From Amoeboaphelidium protococcarum X5 (lineage: Eukaryota > Fungi > Aphelidiomycota), in contig JALDTO010000266.1 of NCBI GenBank assembly GCA_023515725.1, positions 1,279,580-1,343,579 of the forward strand: a DNA stretch of 64,000 bases, in the 5' to 3' direction. A program made the translations under genes and the position numbers. Each line of letters opens with the position of its first letter. The stretch's first letter is position 1. Of the stretch, positions 52,871 through 64,000 are shown piece after piece. Under the pieces are notes generated by a model that saw nothing but the letters and a program-made list of their open reading frames with translations, had not been told where the DNA came from and did not search any database.

Positions 52871-53327
52871 TCATCTTTTTCTATTCTAATACTATTACTA
52901 TGACTAAGATGACCGACCTGGTTAAGATGTCTATTAAGTTGCAAGTTGATCGCGCAATTCTTTGATCACTTGATTCTTGTAAGAGAGCTCTTTTTAAGCC
53001 GTTCGGTATAACTGAGACACGTTCTTTACCAGTACTATATTTTGCCTTTACAACTCTTCAACCTACACATATGAACGGCGTTTATATTGATAAAGAACAC
53101 TGAGGTTGAGTTCCTACCTATTTTTTAAGACTTTCGATCAGTAAGTTTTCACCCGCAGTTGATTAGAGCGGGCACTTTGGTTCAATCTCCATCGCCATCG
53201 AAAATTGGTCTTTAACATTTTGATTCTCCTTGTTATCTTAATCAGTACCGTCGCTGTCAAAGTCACCCAGTAAATAATTGTCATCTTCCTCTTAATTGTT
53301 AAATCGCGATCGACTATTGCTGTTCAT
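52871..53327 (-). CDS. Small FLASH/CASP8AP2 N-terminal-domain-like coiled-coil protein, 133 aa; intron 53063-53117
   Basis: 'ELQRQNIVLVKNVSQLYRTAQKELSYKNQVIKELR' matches the FLASH NTD pattern L..QN..L..NIS.L..TA..EI.RKD..I..L; acidic N-terminus; missed by the ORF track. Confidence 0.7.
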
Positions 53328-53493
53328 TTCAAATTTAAAGGTTAAAAGCTATGTTCAAAGTGAGATGATCTACTAAAGTACGCGAAACTTCAAGTCAAAA
53401 GAAAAAGCTTAAGAGTTATTTATATCGCCATTTACTCGAAACACTATAACAATCAAGTAGTACATCACTATCATCATCATCATCTAGACAAAC

Positions 53494-55701
53494 TCAGACT
53501 TTCTCTACATAATTATGAGGAATAAAGCCTTCTTTGCCTGCACCGTTCCTAGCACTCCACCATCCACTATCATCCTGCTCTAGCACTGTCAAAATCTCTC
53601 CGGCTTTAAATGGAAGTTCCTCATTCGCGGCATCACCCTCAAAGTCAAAGAGCGTCTTAAATTTCACTCCTTCGCTAGCTTTAGTCTGAGCAGTAGCTGC
53701 TGGCTGAGATTTCTAATCTGAAGCAGCTGCAGCTGCAGTGGAAGGGGCAGTCTTGAGATCTTTCTATGATTTAGTAGCAGCCGCTGCTTGAGCCAAATTT
53801 TTAGCACTATCTTTAGCAGTCTTCGGATCGCTCTTTGCTGTTGACTGCTACTTTGCAGCGGCTTCCGCAGCCTTAGCATCCGCTTTTTTCTGTTCAGCAG
53901 CCTTAGCTTCTGCAGCTTTAGCATCTGCCTTCTTCTATTCGGCAGCCTTTGCTTCAGCTTTCTTTTGATCTGCCGCAGATTTGGCATCATTCTTCTTCTG
54001 CTACTCAGCAAGTTTCTTAGCATCTGCAGCATTCACAGCTTTAGCATCAACCGCGCCTGCCTTCTTAGCATCGATATTAGATTGAGGCGCAGGTGCTCCA
54101 CCCTAATTATCTTTAGGGTCATTCTTTTTGGCAGCAGTAGCGCTATTGGCACCAGCTTATTATGCCGGAATCTCTTTAACAGTTTCCAGCTTGGCACTGC
54201 TTGGACCCTTTTCAGGCACTCCCTTAACAGTCATTGAAGCCGTACTACTACCCATGCCACCACTGTTGCTGAACAAACTTGAAGAACTCTAAGCACTAGA
54301 GCCAGCGGCTAAAGCGCCCTTGGATGATCCTAGAATCTGATTCTTCAAATGAGTAGCCTGTGGACCAGCCTTACCATCTGCATATAACGCTGGAATTGCT
54401 GGCAAGTCTTTAGCTTCTGCAGTAGCCAAGAAACACTCATACTTGTACTTTTTCAATCTAAACGTGTCAATCTTGGTCTCAATATCTTCCAACTGATTGT
54501 TGATATCCATCAGCGTCTTGCTGTCAGCCAACTGAGGAGTGGTCAGATAAGCTTCCGCCAACACTTCGATACCGGATCGCTTACTCTCAGACTGATCAAG
54601 TTCCTTCTGCAACTCCTTCACCTTAGCCTGGGCTTTCTTGTACGCCTTCTCCGGGGACATGCTCTCCAACAACATATCATCTTCATTCTTCTTCTTCTAA
54701 CCATTCAACTTCTCCCAAATGTTCTCATAAGGAATCTTTTCAGGCAGCGGAGCATTAGACTTGTTCTTATTGATGAAAATCTCAGAGTCAGCGCTCTTAT
54801 CAACCGCGTTAACAGACTCGGTCATTTTGTTATACGATTTAGTAAGATCAGGTAGCTGAGTGCCAACCAAGTAGCTCACATACTTTGACTCCATGTCCTT
54901 TAAGAAATCAATACCCGCCTCATCAATCGACTGCATTCCATCCAACACTTTAGGGAGATCCTTTTCATAAAACTGGCTCTGCTTAGAGTTAGTTACAGCG
55001 AGCACCTTCTAAAACTCTTCATCGGCTTCCTCCGCCTTCTTCGCCTTACTGCTCGCCTCATCACGCAATTTATCTTCCTGTGCCTTGGTCACCGTCATAC
55101 TTCTGGATGCCTTCTCCATGGCAATCCTGGCATCATCGGCCACTTTGCATGCGGTCTCATAGTTCTTCTTGGTCTTGCCCAGAGAATCCATCACTTTACC
55201 GAATTCAGCGCGCAAGTTCTTCACTTCATTCAGCTTGTTCTTGCGATCATTATCGAAATTCTTAACCTGATTTTTCAGAGCGGTAATCAGATCATTCTCA
55301 ATGTAGTTGGCAGCGGCCTGATGAACCTTGGACGTCTGCTCAGTCTACTCCATAATCGTAGCCCAAGACTTGAGCAGAGTCGGGATAGTGGTATCATTCG
55401 AAGCGGCATAAACAGCATTGATCTTGGACTCTTGTTTCTTCACCTTTTTACTATTGTCGCCGGTAGTGGTCGGTGCCGAAGTCATCGGGATGCTCGTTGG
55501 AATGACGAGACTGTCCTTGGATGTCTCAACCAACTTCGAGATTGCCTTTGCATACTCCGACTCAATCACAGCTCGCTTCTTCATAAAATCTTGCAACTTG
55601 TTCATAAAGTCCAGTCCATCCTGAGAGTGTTGTTCGATCAGGTTCACATTGTCCCACAGCGACGATCCATACGATGCCGTTTAATTTTACGCAGAAGTCA
55701 T
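53494..55701 (-). CDS. F-BAR/HR1/SH3 protein (Bzz1/CIP4/TOCA-like) with Ala/Lys-rich repeat linker
   Basis: 'YGSSLWD...FMKKRAVIESEYAKAISKL' (FCH), 'FYEKDLPKVLDGMQ', HR1-like 'GIEVLAEAYLTTPQLAD', C-terminal SH3 'LFDF...EELPF...WW.....GKEGFIPHNYV'. Confidence 0.92.
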
Positions 55702-56100
55702 TATTACTTCAAAAACAATTTAGTCTACTTTGTATGTACTGATAATCAAATAAGGATATAGGAGTAAATTATTAAACAAAGTAACTGCTATATTAGACAG
55801 ACTGACTGGTTGTTGAAGAGAGATTGAGAGAAGAATAGCCTATTGTTTGTTGTTGTTATGTTGTGTTACTGGTTGTCGCTGCCCTCAATGGCTAAAAATG
55901 GGCGTTGCTATCGTAAACTTTAATTTGCTGGAAACATATCGTCGAAATATACCGTGATAGTCTATAAATATAAAGAGGGTCTTGCTTGCTAGCTTTATGT
56001 TGCTAGGACAGATAAATTCCAGTCAATAGTTCCACTAGAGAAGAATTCAAGCAAACTGAGACGAAAGGTATGATATAAGTGAGAGAACATTATGGAGACT

Positions 56101-56868
56101 TCAATTGAACAATTACAGGCAAAAGTCACTAAATGCTTCATTGAGGATTCCATCTCGCTGCTATACGTACTTCCATTGAACTGAGTAATTCTAATCCAGG
56201 GTCCAGTCATAGACATGCTTAGCCTTAGATTAAAGATCATGAGATCTGTAGTGATATTCTTTTAGATTATTTCCAATGATGCAGTAGTTGGAACTTTTAT
56301 AGTTGACTTTTATTAAGTTATCATACAGCTAGAGAGGACAATGAGGCATAAAACAAATGGTAAACGAATCTATACAGCCATCTAACGCGTATGAGCCCAT
56401 TTGATTCTATAATTATGTGAAGCCAAACTGTTATGATAGAAATTCCAAACTGGCACTATGAGGATCAAAGGCAGATTTAAATTCAATATTATCTAGACGA
56501 TAACAAATTATATTTAAAAGACACAATTAGCACTTGGATACCTTAGTATGTAATGATCCCAATCCAAGACATAATACATTGACGCGCCTCTTACGCGTTA
56601 TTTACGACAATTGACGTATTAGATCTCGAAATAGCTAGCTGTTCCATATCAGATCATAATCTTCAGTGATCTGCCTTTAAATATGATCAACTTTCAACTC
56701 TTCCTCAGGTATCACACCCTCTATTACCTCACTTCTACTACTTGATTGGGTGTGCATATTTCTTGATTTACTGCTAACCAATTGAAATCCATCGGCATCA
56801 ACAATTTATTATTTTCTCGGTTACAACTGACTATCAAAATCGATTACTGCCACTTGCTATGAGCTCAT
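56101..56868 (-). CDS. SRR1-domain protein (SRRD/Ber1)
   Basis: 255 aa under code 6, missed by the ORF track: 'DGFQLV', 'CLGLGS....SKCQL', 'FDP', 'FMPHCPLQLYDNL', 'IIGN', 'AFSD'. Confidence 0.88.
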
Positions 56869-57312
56869 TTTTGCATAAATCTAAATGTTTTGCTGATATG
56901 AAAAAGGTGGAAATTAAATCGATTGACAAGAATTAAGCAAATCGATAAATGGACTCATTGGTTAATAATTTAGGGCTGTTAAGTAATATAGATGGAGATT
57001 TGAAGAAAACGAACGCATTCAATTAAAATTAAGATTTATGCTATTCTGTCATCACTAGCTAGTTCAACTTTAAACGGACACTGGTCATACGAACGCGCTT
57101 GATCACGTTTCCACACTGGAAGACCCGGCCGACGAAGTGAAACGAATTTGATCTCGTTGAAATGACAGTAAACGCTTTTCATTTCTCAATCAACATAATC
57201 ATCATCATCAAGATCTATTCATGTTGCACCTGTCTCGCATTAATTTATGGCTTTTTCGTGCCTAACGTCCTCCTGAGGTAGTTTGTCTGCTGCTATAAAC
57301 TGCTGGTAGATA

Positions 57313-57782
57313 TAGGATTTTGTCCAAGAAGCAGAGATAGTATTTTGTGCCAAGTTCAATTAGATATTCGACCCCAAGAAGACTATTCTCATCCACTTTA
57401 GTGATAGTAAGAGTTTACCAGAAGACTCAATTCTGATCTACGACGAGCTCGTCACTCCTGTGATAGAAGGAAAGTATCTTGGTGTAATATTGACAGAGGG
57501 CTGAGTTTCCAGTCGCATTGCGAGTCTGTGGTTAACAAAGCTAAACTTACTATCAACGTCATCCAATCTGTCTGCTCCCTTAGAAGAAACACTAGCTACT
57601 GCAACGCTAGACGTTTAATTTAATCAATTGTACTTCCATAGATGTTATATGACGTTTGCTGTTGGAGTAATAATCTGAATGAGCAGCAAAGGTCAAAGGG
57701 TTAGAGAGTGGTTAATCTCAGTGAAAGAGTTATATGCAAAGCTTTTCCGACTACTTCAGTGGAACAGTTGATGCATGAGAGT
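57313..57782 (+). mobile_element. Degenerate non-LTR (LINE, Tad/I-group-like) reverse transcriptase fragment
   Basis: 'FDPKKTILIHF...KYLGVI', a frameshift, then 'DRGLSFQSH...KA...RRLIQSIVLPQMLY...W...RVICKAFPTTSVEQLMHE' (RT C-terminal motifs and thumb). Confidence 0.8.
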
Positions 57783-57932
57783 TCTACAGTATGTAATACT
57801 GGTGAAAGTTTAGATAGATCAGATTTGAGGATACAATGCTTAGATGGTCACATCTCTCTGATTAAAATCCTCTGAGTACCTAACTTAGTGTAGTCTGCCC
57901 GAGTAATTGTGGTAAAGCTAACGTTTCTTCAT

Positions 57933-58835
57933 ATGGACGCCGCAAGGAGTTCAGCCTGCCGATGCAAATTAGGCGTTTAATTGCTTCAAGGAGCTGAAGA
58001 AGGCCAGATTTTAAGAGAAGAGGTTCCAAGTTGCAGTCTTGCATAAAGATTTATCTATTAGGTAGTCGCAATTCTGACTTGGGCTAGTGCAAATAAAGGA
58101 CCGGTCAACGCAGTCACGAGCAGCATTGGTGAGGTCATTCCCATCCGTCTGCCTGCCGTGTGTAATGGTGCTGTTTACGTTTAATCTATCAAAATCACGC
58201 GTCAAGTCTCTGCTCATGCAAAACATACATCCGATGGAAATTAAAACTTTGTTACTCGAGCTGAATTAATTGAGTCGTAAAAGGCACTCGTTTAGTACCT
58301 TGATATTAAATTTGCATCCGTGGATAACAAATCAGCATCCGTGGATAAAAAGCTGGCAAGTCTTGATCAAAAGTTTGATGAGGTAAAACAGGAGACGCGT
58401 TAGATCCGAAAAGATCTCGATGTTGTGAAGAATCTCAACGCCAATATTTCACCGCAGCTTGGTGGAAACTTCGAAAAATTTAGCAAAGAGGGGCTCAGGC
58501 AGATGTTGGAGTCGTAGGGAATTCCGTCATATGGCCTCAAGCTAAATTATAATCATGTGGATCCTCACAGGCGAGTTCACAAAAATCAAGACTACTTTAA
58601 ATTGGACATGTTTAGCTCCGATCCTTTGATTTTGAACGAGTTTAAGACGTATCTGAAGAAGAGTGACTTGAAAAAAGTCGAATCCTTCGTCTTAAAGTGC
58701 AATGTGACTGAAGAGGTATTGTAAAGGAAGGCGCAGCGATATCTCGTCTGTTTGGGTGTTAAATCGTCCATTGCGTTCAGGGTGTAGAAGCTCTGCGACG
58801 ACAATGATGTCAAACTGATTATGCAAGTTGAATGA
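57933..58835 (+). CDS. Coiled-coil + PD-(D/E)xK nuclease-like protein (DUF3782-like architecture); start uncertain
   Basis: Open frame of about 300 codons under code 6, missed by the ORF track. Heptads 'KFASVDNKSASVDKKLASLDQKF', then 'LGGNFE', 'FKLDMF', 'LNEFK', 'KVESFVLK', 'RYLVCLG'. Confidence 0.65.
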
Positions 58836-58946
58836 TTTGCTGTTAATTATATAGTGGCAACAATCGGCGTTATAAATTCGGAAAGCTGTCGATCTAATAT
58901 CTTTTTCTCATCGAACAATTAATTGTCGTCATTTTTATCGCGCATC

Positions 58947-60059
58947 ATGAGCGCTAAAAAGTTTGGTATCGCAGCCGTCTCTGTTGCAGCAGTATATGTT
59001 GGATATAGAAGCGACTACATGCGCAAGTACCGGTCAGAGTACCCACCGCAATTGTACGATCATTTGAAGTACTCTCTGTATTTGAAGCACAAAATCATGG
59101 CAGATCCATCGTTGCATAATAATGAAGATATGAAATAACAATGGACCGATTCGATGAAATATACTGTGGATTTAGCATGCAAGCTTGCCTACGATTAGCA
59201 TAATACATACTCAACTTCATACTCTCTATCAAGATTCTTTGTTAAATCTAAAGTAATATCAAGACAATCGACTGCTTACGTTGGATTGCTTATTGAGGCT
59301 GCTGAAACGTCATAGTTGCTTGAGATCTAAAGTCTCAACAGTAATGATAATAAAATCGATGCTGATTAGTTGTACAATGAAGCATCCAGCATATTGTATG
59401 AATAAATTGCCGACTCTAGGCAGAAAGCTTCGGATTAGAAAGATTTATTATTAATCGAATAGTTGATTGAGGTGACTCTGAAGTAGAATGACTTGTATGA
59501 ATCAATGCACTTGCATAATAAGGGAGAGACGATGATCAATGAGCGCTTGTCGTAAATTATGCGCGTTGTATAAAGTCGACAGCTTAAACTGAGTGAATTG
59601 ACAGAAAGCTTAAGTACGTGTATAGAACGATTAGGCCATATGTATATGCATTAGTAGAAGTACGATGAGGCAATAGTGACATATTCAGGAATGTCTCAGC
59701 TAATCAGTACTCAAATGTCTCAAAATTAGACTTCCACCTTGTATTGTATGTTAGCCCATGCGTAGAACCAAGTTGCTGTTTGCTTGTACGAGAAATCGCG
59801 TATTGTTTCTCCGACTGGGGAAGCATAAAAGTTGCTGTAAGATTCTCATACAATGCTGGAAGAAGCTAGGTCATCATATAGGAATGGTATCTAACGATTG
59901 CAACAGGAAAGATCAATGATGAATCGTATGAGAATTCAGTTTGAGAAAATGGTCTTTACTTCAAAGAGTCGCCTCAATTCAGAAGAGATTTGTAATAAAT
60001 GTGATAAGTCGATTTCACAAAATTTAAGACTGGTGAAAAGCGCTATTTAAATACGGTGA
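58947..60059 (+). CDS. TPR-like protein with N-terminal membrane anchor (possibly mitochondrial, Mgr3-like)
   Basis: 370-aa frame; TM 'FGIAAVSVAAVYVGY'; TPR-like 'CIERLGHMYMHQQKYDEAIVTY'. Confidence 0.65.
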
Positions 60060-61958
60060 GTGATCAAATAAAAATACTCAGCATTCATTTAATTGAGATA
60101 TCAGTATTCTACAAAATCACATATGTTATAATAAGCTGTCAATTACAGATAATAGGAGTAAGAGAGAGAGATAACGCGTTAGCAAATGATCAGTGAATGC
60201 CAGATTGTGAGCTGCTGGCAGTTTCAACATGTAATCGCTTTCAGTAGACCGTCGTTAATAACATCATTTCAATTGCTGATCGCGTTATGCTGCTCTCCCT
60301 ACTCCCACTCACCATGTGCTTCTACTTACCTCATTAAGAGAATGACTCTGATAGAAGATGCAATCGAGCAAACATACTATCAGAGAATACAATTAGAGAT
60401 CTCAGAAGTTTTGCCAAATAGTTTAATTCGTCATCCTCCAAAGAGTAGGACTCGTCATCTATAAACTTCATCATCGGTCTCTTTCTACGCACCGTAAATC
60501 TGCAATAAGTCAGATTTATGGTCAATAGGTTCACAGAGCAGATGTGATTTAAAACAGATAATTCACAATGCTGATGGATACGTCAATGTTAATAGGTAGC
60601 AATCAGAGTAGTTGTTAAGCTTTTTATCAACAAACTGAATTCAGTGCCCAGTGCAATCACATCACTTTGCAACCATATATAACACCATCAATATTCATCA
60701 GAATGGAACCAGGACTTCAGAAATGATATAAAGTCTACATCTAACCATGATTAGAATCTATATACTAAAAGGAAATGGTGGAGATTAGCACTAGAACAGC
60801 CTGCAGTAACAGAGCAATAAAAGTCTCAGGAGTGCAATTTAACATCAATTATAATCAGTCGGTAATTCCAACTTTTGTTTTGAATCTTCATAGACTGTAC
60901 AGTATGATAGCCAGTTACTATAGCAATGCTAGCACACACATCTCCACCATTGTATAAATATCAACTTACCATAATCGCAGCTACTAAAGCGCGTACAAGT
61001 GAATTGTCATTCAACACAATGATAGTGAGAATAAGACATTTCACACACGCTGCATGTATATACAACAATGATATGACTGAGATGACGCGTCAGAGTAGTG
61101 CATTTTCTGATCACAGAATATCATAAACTCTAGTCCGTATACACAATGTCATCAATCGCGTCAATAGAAATCGCAAGTGACACGGACAAAGCCAAGTGCG
61201 ATTAGACATAATTATTACTGAATTGAAGAGAGCACATCAGTGAAAGGGATCAGATGCATTATCATTCGCTGATCAAATGAAAAAGTGCAAAAACTAACCT
61301 TAAAGGTCACAGCCGGGATCAAGCGCGGGGTCATCGGCTTTCTTAAAATGTGGCGCTGCTTCTGAGAGTGTTTCAACAGCTTTTACCAGTGATTCGCGAC
61401 TGTTTAATACAGCTTACAGTTGAATATACCGATGAAAGTGTCCCTTACACGACATTGATGAATTTAGCTCCATCAGATTTATATCCAAATTGTCCGAGTT
61501 ATCTGAGGCTAATATAAACAATGACGAGTCAGTGTTAAAATGTGAATATGCAGTGTGCTAAGAGGACATGAAAATTCGTAGTCCATGTTTAGAACCTGTG
61601 GCTTTTCATTTAACGCGTAATAGATCTGTGGCGTTTGGTATTGTCGGTCGACAACAAAGGATACTTGTATAAGTCTATAGAGCGTCATCACATTCCCGTT
61701 AAGAAGTGATCTCTTACTACAAAATGATGATTTGTCTTTTTCTGTTTTTATCAGGTTCAAATTTACGGATCGCATTGTCACCGCGAGTCTGGTAAGTCAT
61801 TGTTTTAGGTACCCACCTTGATCTGATCAGAAGTCCCCCTTACACAATCACTCAATCCTTGTTTGCAACAGCACCAATTCCAGGTTTCCGTTACTCGAAA
61901 GATTATATTAGCACCTGTAATATATTAAAGCCATTCTATTTGTAACATAATAAGAAGA

Positions 61959-62705
61959 ATGCTTTGCAAAATTTTGATCACTTTGTTGCTGTTATCTGCA
62001 AGCAGTCTTGCACTGAGTACGAACGATGGTGGCTAGGACGCGTCGGTGGCGCAACCGTCTAATAACACTACAACCAAGTATTGCACTGTGGTGGAAAAGT
62101 TCACTGATGGTAAACCTGATCTATTTGATGTCGATAATGGTAATGTAAAAGTTGTAAATGATCAGCTAGTGTTGGAATTGACTCAGGGCCAGAGTTCTTT
62201 AGTGTCATCTAAAAGGAAGTACGACGATGTGTTTGTCGAGTTGAATCTGCGCATGAGTGGCCAAAGCGGTGTGGTCACATCCTTCATATTGAGGAGCGAG
62301 AAGCATAGCGGTGATGAGGTTGATTTCGAGATGGTGGGAAGAAACTCGTTTGGTGTTTAGACTACTTACGCTGTGGAATCTGTGCTTGAGACGAGTCATG
62401 CCAGATGGCATTGGAATAGCGATGATGACACTGGCGCGAACAGTTACGACTAATCGAAGCAACCTGTTAAATTGGGCATCAAATGGAACAAGGAAAAGAT
62501 TGAATGGCTGGTCAATGGCAGAGTGCGCCGGGAGTTGTTTGCTCGTGACGCCACAAGCTTCCCCACCAAGTCAATGTACATTCAGATGGGGCTCTGGGAC
62601 GGCACTTAGACGAGTGGATGGGCTGGAACTGTCGACTTTGCAAAGGCGCCATTTAACGCGTATTACGACTCGATCTCTATAACTGCACCTTGTGAATAAG
62701 AATGA
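61959..62705 (+). CDS. Secreted GH16 (Crh-like) glycoside hydrolase, paralog of 41339-42272, no CBM18 module
   Basis: Signal peptide, 'SGVVTSFIL', 'DEVDFEMVG', 'LWDGTQTSGWAGTVD'. Confidence 0.9.
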
Positions 62706-62864
62706 AGATATTTAGCATGATACGATATACATTGCTGCAACTGGATATACAGATGTAATATGAGCATTCATTTAACTATAAAATTCTATGTTTCATTTTC
62801 TGCACAGTATATCAACTTTAAAGTAAGTAACACTTTCTATTAGAACAAAATCATTAAAACCATG

Positions 62865-64000
62865 TCATCGCAAAATGTTATGACGGTTCCGCCTAATCCC
62901 AGAGGTTACAAGGTTCTCATTAGGCTTATTCAGTTCGCAATAAGGCAATGACGTAGCTTCAGACAGACCATGGAAGTAAAAGTATGGCTGCAGTTCTATA
63001 GAACTCTTCCTTATGTGAGTAATCTTCTATAATCGACTTTAGTCAATAGGAGTTACAATGTAAAATCCGCTAGATTAATCCTCCAATATAGATCTTACTA
63101 CACCATATCCCATAAATTCCCTCTTTTACTATTCTACACTCTCTAATGCAACGATTTACGCGTTAACAACTGCCAATTTCTCACTTGTAGACAAATCTCC
63201 GCCACCATCAATTTCAATCATCACATCTTCAGCGCCCATCCAATAACAGGCCCTTTACCAAAGCGGAGTGAAATCCCAAAGACAATTATGAACATACTTG
63301 GTGTCACAAAAGAAATGGGATGCGAAAGCAAGCAGTCGATGATCTTGTGCACTAAACTACAATTGGCCAGAACTATACGACAAAAGAGATCCTGATTCTA
63401 CAATGAAATGACTGAGCTTCAAATTAGTGCATGACTTTTAGGGAACACTCTCAGACCACCACCTGGTACACTTGTCAGTCAAGTTCAACTTGGATGGACA
63501 TATCTATGGAACGAGTTCTACTACGTTACTAACTTGCGTAAGATAGATGATTTAATTCAACAAATCAGCTCCAATGCCAGTCATCCAACCGCATGTATTA
63601 ATTACGACAGGGAATTGACGATTATTTATCTTTCCATACTCTTGCCAGCATTATGCAACAGAGTTGAAATATGAGACTGGATCAACATCAAGACTCAGAT
63701 GACCATAATAGACAGAGTAAGTATCTGCAGGTCGTTGGTGAGTAAAAGGCGGGCCTAAAATGAAATCAGACACTTTAATCAGCGACACCAAACCAGGAGG
63801 AGTAAATTCAGATTATCCAACATCGCAGTCCAGGTAGAAAACGCTTTCATAATCTTACAAGAGTCTATTCACTAAATGACGCGTCAAGGTTGACTTGCCC
63901 ACAGACTTTTCACCACACAAGAGCCACGATTAAGATTCTCCACTATCAAATAATTTATCGAGAGTGCTAGTGAGCTGTGATAATAAAGGCATGCTACTGT
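62865..64000 (-). CDS. GRC3: Polynucleotide 5'-kinase Grc3/Nol9 (Clp1 family); 5' end outside the window
   Basis: 'CGEKSVGKST..RHLVNRLL', 'YLDCDVGQSEFTPPG', 'GPPFTH', 'VVINTCGWMTGIG', 'MGYGVVRSI'; completely missed by the ORF track. Confidence 0.92.

Noticed and set aside
60100-61900. Possible decayed gene or hAT-like transposase pieces
   Set aside because: All frames I read are broken by TGA and no diagnostic motif was convincing; left unannotated.

Overview
Gene-dense eukaryotic nuclear DNA of fungus-like (opisthokont) type with few, very short GT-AG introns (50-65 nt). It uses a non-standard genetic code: TAA and TAG encode Gln and TGA is the only stop (translation table 6 pattern). The supplied ORF track therefore fragments most genes and misses several completely. 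This code plus fungal-type genes (Ura2 with pseudo-DHOase, NZF-type Vps36, GH16/Crh) best fits an aphelid such as Amoeboaphelidium protococcarum; the taxon is an inference. Re-translating by hand gives about 34 protein genes, among them NASP/Sim3, an F-box-like protein, Yippee, Mis12, Vps36, a receptor-like TKL kinase, a GT10 fucosyltransferase, Rqc2/NEMF, a TFIIIC subunit, UBX, Pro1, Rio2, eL8, SNX9-like, Mpc1, Ash2, DHCR7, two GH16s, an APH kinase, Ura2, Thp3, a FLASH-like protein, F-BAR/SH3, SRR1 and Grc3, plus one tRNA-Gln(UUG). Degenerate mobile DNA is also present: Gypsy gag, Copia protease, a Fanzor1-like fragment and a Helitron Rep relic cluster at 4.4-9.2 kb, and a LINE RT relic lies at 57.3-57.8 kb. 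The LINE relic is followed by an apparently intact, prokaryote-like coiled-coil + PD-(D/E)xK nuclease ORF. All family calls are by-eye motif recognition; no searches were run.
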